Source: Planctomycetota bacterium
GTDB lineage: Bacteria; Planctomycetota; B15-G4; JADJEK01
Reading direction: 5' to 3'
Length of the DNA stretch: 61,419 nucleotides
Assembly (NCBI GenBank): GCA_044225365.1
Contig: JBGAIQ010000029.1
Coordinates: 1-61,419, forward strand
This document shows, in pieces, positions 18,273 through 27,290 of the stretch (position 1 is its first letter; the number at the start of each line of letters is the position of its first letter). A model generated the notes under the pieces. That model made no database searches, had not been told where the DNA came from, and saw only the letters and a program-made list of their open reading frames with translations. Position numbers and translations under genes: made by a program.

Positions 18273-20273
18273 CTAAAGGTAGCCGAGCGCCTCCAGGATT
18301 CGGAGTGCCTCTTGCGAGGAACCGTCGGGTGCGTCGATCCACCGCTTCAGGCCGAACGAGTCGACCATGCGCGGCGATCGAGCGTTCGCTCCCCCCGCAG
18401 AGGCGGATTCGAGGGCCTGCGCGGTGAAGGGTTCCTCCGTCGCGCGACCGTCCTGTTCCCGACTCACGGGCAGACCGAGCGCGAATTGCAGGGTCGGTGC
18501 GATCGCGTGGGATGGCAGCGGCGCGGCAGCACGCGCCACCCGGATCGCGGGACCGTGGAGCACGACGTAGCCGCGAGACTCGCCATCTTCGCTCCCACCC
18601 GCGGCGTCCGCGGAATTCCCCGAGGCTCCCGGGCAGGTGACGATCACGAGGATCGCGTCCTTCCCCGCCGCCTCCCGGAGTCGTCCGATGAAATCGTCGA
18701 GCGAGGCGTAGACGCCGCGCAGGATCGCGCTCTGGGCGACGAGCCGGACGTCGTCCTTCGCGCGCTCGCGATGGAAGAACTTGTTGCGCAGGACATCGAG
18801 CCCTTTGAGGCAGATCTGCTGATACGCCGGCTTCTCGCGAGCGAGGAGATCGAGCGCCGCGGACTCCGCGAACAGATCCTCGAGGATCGGGTAGATCGTG
18901 ACGAAGTTGTGCGCGAGGCCGGCCTCGCCGACCGAGGGCACCATCTCGACGACGCGCTCGTCGGGATAGAGGAAGCTCTTGAGGCGCTCGATCTGGCCGG
19001 GCGACGCGCATTCGGGATCGATGGCGGAGCCGCGTGCGACCGAAGGTCGCAGGGTCAGGTACGCCCAGTCCGAGATCGTCGTGCCACCGAAGGCCGATGC
19101 CGGATACGTCGCCCAGAAGTTGACCGACGCGACCTGCAGGCCTCCCTCGGCCGCGACGTCGGCGAGCCGCTTCAGGCGCGACATCGACCCGCTGACCGGG
19201 ACTTCCTTCGCGAGCCCGAGAACGCGCGCGAGCGATACGATGGTGTCGAGGATGCCCGGCGCTTCGAGATCGGCGGCGAGCCCGGGCGACATGCCGGCGA
19301 CGCGCGGCTTGTAGTAGGCATCGATGCGGTGCCGTTTCGATTCGAAGCCGGTCGTCACCGTCGTCCAGTAGGCCGGTGGGATGTCCCCGGCCGCGGCGGC
19401 GACTTCGGCCGAATACCCCTCGGCCGCGAGGCGGGCGAGGTTCGGCATCCAGCCGTGGGCGATCGCGGCGGCGGCGTTCGTCGCGTCGATTCCGTCGAGC
19501 GCGAGCAGGACGACGCGCGATGCGAGCGGCGTCTCGACCGTGATCGCATCGCCCTTCTCCGCGAATTCGGGCGTCGCGTCCGAAGGCTGCGCCCGAGCCC
19601 CCAAGTACGCGGCGACCGCCGCGAGCACGACCCCCGACGCGAACGCGCGGCGGGCCCCGCTTCGCCGCGGCGCGAACTCGTATCCTCGGATCGTGGCGAG
19701 CACGGCGAACGACGCGAGATAGAACAGACGCGAGACGAAGAACGCGACGACGACGACGCAGAGCGCGGCGAGCACGCGGGTCACGCCGCCGCCCTGCGGA
19801 GCGAACGCCGTCCCGTAGCGTCGCCAGAACGAGAGCAGATAGACGAAAGCCAGGATGAAGACGGCGACGCTCGTGCTGCGCGCGACGAGTTCGGCGCGGT
19901 CGAGGACGTTCCGGGTCAGGCGGTACACTAGGAACATCGCACCGGCCGCGAACACGCCGATCAGGACGCCGACCACGAACGAGAACGCGAGCAGCGCGAC
20001 GGCGAGCCACGGAGCGACACGTCCGGGGGACGCCAGCAGCACCGGCGCGGTGAGGAGGGCGCTCGCGAGACCAAGAGCGATGCCGACTCCGACACCCACG
20101 CGGAGGTGGGTTCGCATCGCGGGATGCCGTCCGGTGAGCCCACCCGCGAAGAAGCGGCTGAACGGATCCTCGAGGTATCCGAGCGATCGCAACTCGCTGC
20201 GCACGGCATCGCCCTCCTCTCCATCTCCAGCCGGAGGAGGGTGCAATTTCGCGCTCGGGACGTTCTCTGCCAT
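18273..20273 (-). CDS. Membrane-anchored alkaline-phosphatase-superfamily (type I phosphodiesterase-like) protein, catalytically degenerate
   Basis: About 5 N-terminal TM helices, then VVLLALDGID, WTTVTTG..H.I and VNFWATYPA. Ends LEALGYL. Nucleophile and DH metal motifs are altered. Confidence 0.8.
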   Translation of the reverse strand: MAENVPSAKLHPPPAGDGEEGDAVRSELRSLGYLEDPFSRFFAGGLTGRHPAMRTHLRVGVGVGIALGLASALLTAPVLLASPGRVAPWLAVALLAFSFVVGVLIGVFAAGAMFLVYRLTRNVLDRAELVARSTSVAVFILAFVYLLSFWRRYGTAFAPQGGGVTRVLAALCVVVVAFFVSRLFYLASFAVLATIRGYEFAPRRSGARRAFASGVVLAAVAAYLGARAQPSDATPEFAEKGDAITVETPLASRVVLLALDGIDATNAAAAIAHGWMPNLARLAAEGYSAEVAAAAGDIPPAYWTTVTTGFESKRHRIDAYYKPRVAGMSPGLAADLEAPGILDTIVSLARVLGLAKEVPVSGSMSRLKRLADVAAEGGLQVASVNFWATYPASAFGGTTISDWAYLTLRPSVARGSAIDPECASPGQIERLKSFLYPDERVVEMVPSVGEAGLAHNFVTIYPILEDLFAESAALDLLAREKPAYQQICLKGLDVLRNKFFHRERAKDDVRLVAQSAILRGVYASLDDFIGRLREAAGKDAILVIVTCPGASGNSADAAGGSEDGESRGYVVLHGPAIRVARAAAPLPSHAIAPTLQFALGLPVSREQDGRATEEPFTAQALESASAGGANARSPRMVDSFGLKRWIDAPDGSSQEALRILEALGYL

Positions 20274-20648
20274 GGGGTCGGATCGACTCTCGAATCGGGT
20301 CCAAAAAGAACTGAACGATCTACGGTCTGCCTCGTCCAACGACCTTGGGCGAAGGCCTTGCCTCGATCGAACGAACGGCTGCGTGGATCCGCATCGAACA
20401 TCGAGAATCGGCTCGTCCTACGTTACTGTTTCGCGTGGGAAACCGCTTCGACCCGCTCGAACGAGCTCGCTCGCGGAACTTCGACCGATTCTCGGCCGAG
20501 TTGGAATCGCAGGATACCTTTCCACACCGTCAAGGTATTCGCGGCGCCGTCGCGGGTAGCTTCGCGCGTTCGTTCGAATCGTCTCGACTCCCTCTCGCAT
20601 CACGCAAGCAGGCGGCGCGCATCTCGCGATCCAAGGGCAACGTTCTCG

Positions 20649-22583
20649 ATGGTCACGTTCGGCGACACGGTCTTCCACACTCTCTTCGACCCGCTTCCCC
20701 AGGCGGTCCTCGTCCTGCGCGATGGCGCCATCGCGTACGCGAACGGCGCCGCGTCGCAGCTCCTCGGCAGTGAATCGTCCCAACTGGTGGGCTCGCCGAT
20801 CGATCGCTACCTGGATTCGCGAACGGCCTTCCACCATCTCACGCCGAGTCCACCTTTGTCCGGCAGCGCCAAGAGCGATCGTGCGCGGGGATCGACGTCC
20901 CTGATTCGCGGGGATGGTTCGCTCTGCAACGTAGAGATCGAGTCGGAACCCCTCGAGGTCGGCGCGACGCCCGCGGTGCGACTCACGATCCGCAATTCTT
21001 CGGAACCGCCCCGGCAAGTCGCGGACCGCGAAGTCTCGCCCGGCGACCAGCGCACGAAGACGGCCGAGTCCGAGCTCCGCGCCCTGTTCCGCGTCCTTCA
21101 GGACCACTTCCTGCGCATCGATGCGCAGGGCCGCATCCTCGAGTACTTCGCGCCGGAGAACGCGTCGCCCTTCCTCTCGCCCATGGAGTTCATCGGCAGG
21201 CCGATGCAGGAGATGCTGCCGCTCGAGATCGCGGAGACATTCACGGATGCGATCGAATCCGCGCTCGACTCGGGGCGCGTGAAGACGCTCGAGTATGCGC
21301 TCCCGCTCGCGGGACTCACGCGTCACTTCGAATCGCGCATCGTGCCCTATGCCGCCGATCGCCTCATCGCGATCGTGCGCGACGTGACGGATCGCAAACG
21401 CGCGGACGAGGAGAAACTCGTGGCGCGCAAACTCGAGAGCATCGAACGCCTCGCCGGCGGGATCGCTCACGAGTTCAACAATCTCCTCACCGCGATGATG
21501 GCGCACGGCGAACTGCTCCGATTCGAAGTCGAAACGAATCCGAACGCCAGCGATCACGTCGACTCGATCCTCGATTCCGCGGCTCGTGCCGCCGACCTCA
21601 CGCGCAAACTGCTCGCGTTCTCGCGCAGCCACGTTTCGGACGCGGTCGCGGTCGACGTTCGGGAGCTGCTCGTTCGGCTCACGGAATTGTTCGGCCGCAC
21701 GTTCGGTGACGACATCGCGATCCGCACGATGTTGAAGGGTCGCCACGTGCGCGTGCTCGCCGATCCCAAGATGCTCGAGAAGGCGATCTTCAACGTCGTC
21801 CTCAACGCGCGCGAAGCGATGCCGCACGGCGGAAGCCTCGTGATCGCGATGCGCGAGGTCGAAGTCGGACCGATCTTCGCGGCGAAACATTTCGGCATGC
21901 GCGCCGGGTCCTACTGCGCGATCTTCTTCCGCGATTCGGGATTCGGCATGGACGAAGCGACTCTGCGACGAGCCTTCGACCCATTCTTCACGACGAAGCC
22001 CGCGGGCAGCAGCAGCGGACTCGGCCTCCCGACGACGCACGGTATCGTGAAGCAACTCGGCGGTCATGTGTTCGCATTGTCTCGCCGCGGCCGGGGGACG
22101 ACCGTCGCCCTCTATCTGCCGCGGATCGCGATCGACTCGGCCCACTCGACCGAGGCGCCGCCGAGCACATTGGCCGGGCGTCGCCGCCGCATCCTCATCG
22201 CCGAGGACGAGGAGGCCGTGCGCGAGGTCGTATCGCGCTCGATCTCGAATGCGGGGTTCGTCGTCGATGCCTGCGAGAACGGAAGCGCCGCGCTCGCGAA
22301 GTACCGCGCCGAGCGCGCCGAAGGCCGCGACTACGATGCGGTGATCACCGACGTCGTGATGCCGCTCATGGGCGGACGCGAACTGGTGCAGGGCTTGCGC
22401 GCCGAATGCGCGAACGTGAAGGTCCTGTTCATGTCGGGTTACACGGCGAGCGCGCTCGGACCGTCGGATCTCGCGGTGCCCGGGACGGGATTCGTGCAGA
22501 AGCCCTTCGCGCCGGGAGCACTCCTCGCCGAGATCGAAAAGCTGCTCGAGATCGACTCCGCGCCGGTCTCGAGCCGACTATGA
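20649..22583 (+). CDS. PAS-domain hybrid sensor histidine kinase/response regulator (CckA-like)
   Basis: Two PAS domains, LAGGIAHEFNNLL H-box, NVVLNAREAM, DSGFGM, FDPFFTTK, GLGL. Receiver ILIAEDE..TDVVMP..SGY..QKPF. Confidence 0.92.
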   Translation: MVTFGDTVFHTLFDPLPQAVLVLRDGAIAYANGAASQLLGSESSQLVGSPIDRYLDSRTAFHHLTPSPPLSGSAKSDRARGSTSLIRGDGSLCNVEIESEPLEVGATPAVRLTIRNSSEPPRQVADREVSPGDQRTKTAESELRALFRVLQDHFLRIDAQGRILEYFAPENASPFLSPMEFIGRPMQEMLPLEIAETFTDAIESALDSGRVKTLEYALPLAGLTRHFESRIVPYAADRLIAIVRDVTDRKRADEEKLVARKLESIERLAGGIAHEFNNLLTAMMAHGELLRFEVETNPNASDHVDSILDSAARAADLTRKLLAFSRSHVSDAVAVDVRELLVRLTELFGRTFGDDIAIRTMLKGRHVRVLADPKMLEKAIFNVVLNAREAMPHGGSLVIAMREVEVGPIFAAKHFGMRAGSYCAIFFRDSGFGMDEATLRRAFDPFFTTKPAGSSSGLGLPTTHGIVKQLGGHVFALSRRGRGTTVALYLPRIAIDSAHSTEAPPSTLAGRRRRILIAEDEEAVREVVSRSISNAGFVVDACENGSAALAKYRAERAEGRDYDAVITDVVMPLMGGRELVQGLRAECANVKVLFMSGYTASALGPSDLAVPGTGFVQKPFAPGALLAEIEKLLEIDSAPVSSRL

Positions 22584-22585
22584 CC

Positions 22586-23734
22586 TCAGTGTGCGTTCAG
22601 GAGCGCGGTGACGTCGTCGGCCATCTTCGCCGCGATCCGCGCATTGCCGGCCTCGCAAAGATGGCACCAGTCCATGAAGAGCGGCGCGCTCTCCTTGCGG
22701 AAGAGATCGCTGAGGTCGCGGAACTCCTTCGCGAAATCGGCAACTCCCGGGTTCGAACGGATCGCCGCGTAGACGTGCGACAGGAACGCGCCGAGCTTCT
22801 CGTCGTGCTCCGCCGCGATCGCCTCGGAGTGCGAATGCAAGTCCTTCTGGAAGACCGTCGGCTGGAGATACGCGAGCAACTCGCAATGGTGCTCGCGCGC
22901 GAGGCCGCGCAGCACACGGAGATTCCCGAAGTAGGAATTCGCAGTCTGCGTCGCGAGGTCCGGCTCGGCGTCGAAGTAGTCGATGATCAATGGGGAACTG
23001 GATCGCGGCAGCACGAGTTCCAGCGCGCGAACGATCGCGAGGCCCTCGATCGTCGCCGCGAGCGCCGTCCGCTGTAGCGAGGGCAGCTTCTTCGTCTTCA
23101 CGAGATTGAATTCGCGCTCGCGGTGGGATTCGTTCTGCGCGATCCCGGCGCGATTCTGCTGAAAGGTGGAGAACGCGTCGTTGACGCCGTCGAGGAAGAT
23201 CGCGATCGCGGGGACGCGACCGTCGCGCAGCTCGAGCTCGAACTGGATCAGCTCCTGCGTGCTGACATAGCCGGACTCACCGTAGTTGACGACGGACGCA
23301 TCGATCCCGCGGCGATGCAGTTCGGCAGCGAGCAGCGAAGGCACCGTGCCCTCGTTGCGCACGCCAGTGCCCCACATCGTCGATCCGCCGAACAGGAAGA
23401 TGCGCGGCCGTCTCGCGGTCACGTCCTCCCCGGCCGCGGCGGGCGGCAGCACCGTCTCGCGCAATCCGCGCATATCGACATCGATGTACTTCCCGTGGAA
23501 GTAGTTCCGTCGCCAATAGACGAAAGGCTCCCAACGCATCCCTTCGGCGGCGTCGTGCTCGGCGAAGTAGTCCTTCGCCCAAGGAACGCCCGCGAAGACG
23601 TCGGAAAAGAGCCGCTTCTCGCTGTCGGTCGCCGGCGGTTTCGACAGGAAGAGGAACCCGATCGCGCACAGCAGATCGAGCACGATGAGGACGATCAGGG
23701 CGACGCCGATCCCGAGCCAGAGCTTCTTCAGCAT
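22586..23734 (-). CDS. SGNH/GDSL hydrolase family protein with N-terminal membrane anchor
   Basis: FGGSTMWG, NYGESGY, DGVND, FMDWCHL..GN. Confidence 0.85.
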   Translation of the reverse strand: MLKKLWLGIGVALIVLIVLDLLCAIGFLFLSKPPATDSEKRLFSDVFAGVPWAKDYFAEHDAAEGMRWEPFVYWRRNYFHGKYIDVDMRGLRETVLPPAAAGEDVTARRPRIFLFGGSTMWGTGVRNEGTVPSLLAAELHRRGIDASVVNYGESGYVSTQELIQFELELRDGRVPAIAIFLDGVNDAFSTFQQNRAGIAQNESHREREFNLVKTKKLPSLQRTALAATIEGLAIVRALELVLPRSSSPLIIDYFDAEPDLATQTANSYFGNLRVLRGLAREHHCELLAYLQPTVFQKDLHSHSEAIAAEHDEKLGAFLSHVYAAIRSNPGVADFAKEFRDLSDLFRKESAPLFMDWCHLCEAGNARIAAKMADDVTALLNAH

Positions 23735-23744
23735 GCTATGTCGG

Positions 23745-24242
23745 ATCGTACCGCAGAGGCCCAAAACGGCGATCGAGAACCCGTTCGATCCATCGCCCTC
23801 TCGCACATCGGATCGCCATGTCGTATACTCCCGCCGCCAGGATCAATGAAACGGCGTTTCGGCGAATCGAAGCCTGCCGACGCGCTGGAGAGTGTTCACG
23901 TTCGTTTCGGCCAGTTCGAACGCATTCGTCTCGGAGAAGAGTCCATGAAGGGTCTGCTCTCGGCCCTCATTGCAGTTCTCGGCACGTCCTCCCTGTTCGC
24001 GCAGACGTTGCCCTTCGATCTGTTCGGGCTCTACACCGAGTGCGGCGGCGTGGCGGTCGGCGACAACGACGGCGATCGCGACCTGATCTCCGTCGCGCAT
24101 GCGGGCTGGGCGGGTAAGACGTATTCACCGAACCTCGTCTACGTGTTCCGCAATCGCGGCGCCGCGAACAACTACACGTTTGCGAACGTCACGTCGCAAT
24201 GCAGTCTCGCCCTCGACTCGACGACGAGCACGCAGACGACGA
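23745..24242 (+). repeat. Diverged direct repeat, copy 1 (copy 2 at 26562-27290)
   Basis: About 200 bp of upstream DNA (including TATACT and ggagaagagtccATG) aligns without gaps at an offset of 2817. The coding part differs by 3-, 63- and 165-nt indels. Confidence 0.9.
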
Positions 24243-24538
24243 TGGTCGACGCCCGCGGGAATACGTGGACCTATGACGCGTCCGGCAACTCCTTCGGGTA
24301 CAACCAAAGTGTCGACGCGAACGGCAGCTTCGACAACTACGGGTCCGGGAACCAGGCGATCCTCAGCGATCCGAACGGCGTGAACTACAACGCCGCCAGT
24401 CATCAGCCCTATGCACGGCCGATACAGTCGAACTGGACCGCGCAGCACCCGAACAATCCATGGAACGTCTCCACCGGCGCGACGTCCAGCGGCAGCAATC
24501 CTTACACCCCGTCGATCCGCGTGAAGAACACCCAATGA
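23945..24538 (+). CDS. Chimeric secreted protein: internally deleted N-terminus of the CRTAC1-like gene fused to an unrelated Asn/Ser/Tyr-rich tail
   Basis: MKGLLSALIAVLGTSSLFAQTLPFDL matches the start of the 26762 gene. The stop overlaps the next ATG (ATGA). Confidence 0.6.
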   Translation: MKGLLSALIAVLGTSSLFAQTLPFDLFGLYTECGGVAVGDNDGDRDLISVAHAGWAGKTYSPNLVYVFRNRGAANNYTFANVTSQCSLALDSTTSTQTTMVDARGNTWTYDASGNSFGYNQSVDANGSFDNYGSGNQAILSDPNGVNYNAASHQPYARPIQSNWTAQHPNNPWNVSTGATSSGSNPYTPSIRVKNTQ

Positions 24539-26199
24539 TGCCGTTCACGATCTTGCCCGGCGCGGTCTTGGCGATCGCAATCGGTCAGACGAGTTTCATT
24601 GACACCCCAATCGTGCAAGATCCGACGCAGCCGCTGTGGCTGTTCTTTGCCCGTGCCCTCGACGTCAAGGACGTCAATAACGACGGGATCCTCGATGTGG
24701 CCGTGGGCCATACGGGCTACATCAATGGCCAGGGTGCGGTCTGGGTTTGCTATGGACCGGATTTCAAGAATCGAGTGGTCGCCACCAGTCCGGCCTTGCC
24801 ATTGAACGGTGCGCTCGGCGACCATGGACTTCGCCTCGCCGATCTCAATGGCGACGGTCACGTCGACATTTTATCTGCCGCCGATTATGCATCGTACGGT
24901 GGAGCGGCGAACGCCGGACGAGCTTACCTCTTCTACGGACCGAACTTCTCCCAATTCACCGAGATCGTACCCCCGCTGCCTCCGCAGACCGAGCAATCGT
25001 TTGGTGTCTATCTCGATGTCGGCGATCTCACCGGAGATGGGATCGCCGACGCGCTGATCGGATGTCCTTACTACAATGCGACGCAGGGCTACCTCGCCCT
25101 CTACGATGGAACCGTGGGATTTGGGAATGGGCCGATCAAGATCATCACTCCGCAGGTCCCTATCAACCCAAGTGGTCCGAAATACGGCAATGGCCTGCGA
25201 ATCGTCGACGTCGACGGCGACGGCGTCAATGACGTGATCACACCGGGAGGGGTAGCGCCGCCGACATCGCCCTATGTTTCCCACGTGCACTGGCTGAAGT
25301 CGGGCAATCCGGGCGCCGCCGTGTTCTTCCCTTTGTTTCTTTCCATGAACTCGACGAATCTCTCCCGTCGCTTCGAGTTCGTCGACATGAACCAGGACGG
25401 GATTCGCGATCTCGTGTCGGCGGCCACTTCGATCAGCTCTCCCTATCCGGGTCAGGTCGTGATCCAGTACGGGCCGGCGTACACCTCGTTCGCCATCGCC
25501 AAGCCGAATCTCCCGCAGACCGACGCCTGGTTCTTTAGCATCGGGGACATCGATCGCGACGGCCATCAAGACGTCGCCATCGGGGCGCCACTCAAGTTCA
25601 ACAGCGGCCTGCTCTCGATCTGCTACGGACCTGCCTACACCACGAAGCAGGAATTCGTGGGCGGGATCGGGACCGAGCTCGGTTGGGACGTCAAGGTCGT
25701 GGACCTCGACGGCGACGGCTTTTCCGAGGTCCTCGCGAGCGACCCCGCCGCCGGGTTCGGGACCGTGCATATCTATACTCACAAGTCGTTGCGCGTGCAT
25801 AGCGGGCCGGGCGACGTGTCGCTCAGCGTCGGCGGCTCGGTCCAACTCTCGCTCGAGGCCGGCAAGCTCTCCGCGAACGCGTCCTACCTGATCTTGATGT
25901 CGCTCTCCGGCTCCACCCCGGGTCTCACCTGGTCGTCCTTCGGAGCGCAGCATCACCTTCCCATCAACCTCGACGCTGCGACCACCGCCGGCCTCGGCTT
26001 CGTCAACACGCCGGTGTTCACCGGTTTCCTCGGCCAGCTCGATGCCTCCGGAAAGGCGCTCGCTAGCTTCAACGTCCCGGCCGGCTCGCAGGGCTCCGGG
26101 CTCGCCGGCGCCACGCTGACATTCGCCGCCGTACTCAGCAGCAACGGATCGGCTGCCGACTACGCCACTCACGCCGTCGCCGTGCCTCTCAAGCCCTGA
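24535..26199 (+). CDS. Secreted FG-GAP/integrin-alpha-like repeat protein with shared C-terminal domain
   Basis: Signal peptide. DVNNDGILD, DLNGDGHVD, GDLTGDGIAD, DVDGDGVND, GDIDRDGHQDVAIGAP repeats. Confidence 0.85.
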   Translation: MMPFTILPGAVLAIAIGQTSFIDTPIVQDPTQPLWLFFARALDVKDVNNDGILDVAVGHTGYINGQGAVWVCYGPDFKNRVVATSPALPLNGALGDHGLRLADLNGDGHVDILSAADYASYGGAANAGRAYLFYGPNFSQFTEIVPPLPPQTEQSFGVYLDVGDLTGDGIADALIGCPYYNATQGYLALYDGTVGFGNGPIKIITPQVPINPSGPKYGNGLRIVDVDGDGVNDVITPGGVAPPTSPYVSHVHWLKSGNPGAAVFFPLFLSMNSTNLSRRFEFVDMNQDGIRDLVSAATSISSPYPGQVVIQYGPAYTSFAIAKPNLPQTDAWFFSIGDIDRDGHQDVAIGAPLKFNSGLLSICYGPAYTTKQEFVGGIGTELGWDVKVVDLDGDGFSEVLASDPAAGFGTVHIYTHKSLRVHSGPGDVSLSVGGSVQLSLEAGKLSANASYLILMSLSGSTPGLTWSSFGAQHHLPINLDAATTAGLGFVNTPVFTGFLGQLDASGKALASFNVPAGSQGSGLAGATLTFAAVLSSNGSAADYATHAVAVPLKP

Positions 26200-26561
26200 T
26201 CGCGATCGCCGCGCGCGCGAAGGATCGAAGCGCGCCATTTCTTCCCCTCCAAGAATTCACCTCCGCACACTCACGGATTCTGCGGAGAACCCAACGGGTC
26301 TGGTCCAGGTCCTCGTCTCGCGCAAGTCATGCGCATTGGACGATCGAGTTCGTCAAGAAATCAAAGTCACGTTCTATGCGAGGCAGGACAGCAGCTCTCT
26401 GCCTCCGTTCCGAAATCAACACCGCTTCCGCGGCCGAGCGCAGCGGAAGCGGACGGACACCCAAGGCTCAAAGTCGCTTTCTGCCGCGTCCGCGATCGCA
26501 GGAGGGTCCCAGAGTCGGCCGTACGGGCGCGCTCCGGGTCGACAGCTCTGAGAATGACGCA

Positions 26562-27290
26562 ATCGTGCCGCCCACACCCAAGACGGCGATCGAGATCCGG
26601 TTCGATCCGTCATCCACTCGCACACCAGATCGCGATGTCGTATACTCTCGGGGTCAGGATCGAAGAGACAGCGTTTCGGCGAACCACAGCCCGCCGCAGT
26701 GCTGCAGAATGTTCAGATTCGTTTCGGCACGCTCGAACTCATTCGGCTCGGAGAAGAGTCCATGAAGGGTCTGGTCTCGATTACCCTCATTGCAATGCTC
26801 GGTACGTCGCCCCTGTTCGCGCAGACGTTGCCCTTCGATCTGAAGGACGTCAGCATCGCGACGAATCCCGATTTCTGCGGGATCTCGGCGACCTACAACA
26901 GCCTGTTCGGGCTCTACACCGAGTGCGGCGGCGTGGCGGTCGGCGACTACGACAACGATGGCAAGCTCGACGTCTACCTGCCGAACAATCGGCAGTTCCC
27001 GAAGAAGCTGTATCACAACCTGGGTGGCGGGCACTTCCAGGACGTGGCGGCCTCGCTCGGCGTCACCGATTCGGCCTTCGCTGCGGCGACGGGAATGTTC
27101 ATCGACTACGACAACGACGGCGATCGCGACCTGATCTCCATCGCGCACGCGGGTTGGGCGGGTCAGACGTATTCACCGAACCTCGTCCGCGTGTTCCGCA
27201 ATCGCGGGGCGGCGAACAACTACACGTTCGCGAACCTCACGTCGCAATGCGGTCTCGTCCTCGACTCGACGACGAGCAAGCAGACGACGA
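26562..27290 (+). repeat. Diverged direct repeat, copy 2 (intact parent)
   Basis: Aligns with 23745-24242. Confidence 0.9.

Noticed and set aside
23818-24117. Conserved upstream ORF MSYT... present in both duplicate copies
   Set aside because: Explained by nucleotide-level duplication. Substitutions are mostly non-synonymous in this frame.
26277-26292. gattctgcggagaacc, reminiscent of a mobile-element end
   Set aside because: No partner inverted repeat or transposase remnant was found, so it cannot be supported.
23745-27290. DGR template/variable repeat pair
   Set aside because: Differences are not adenine-specific, involve N-terminal and promoter sequence with indels, and no reverse transcriptase is present.
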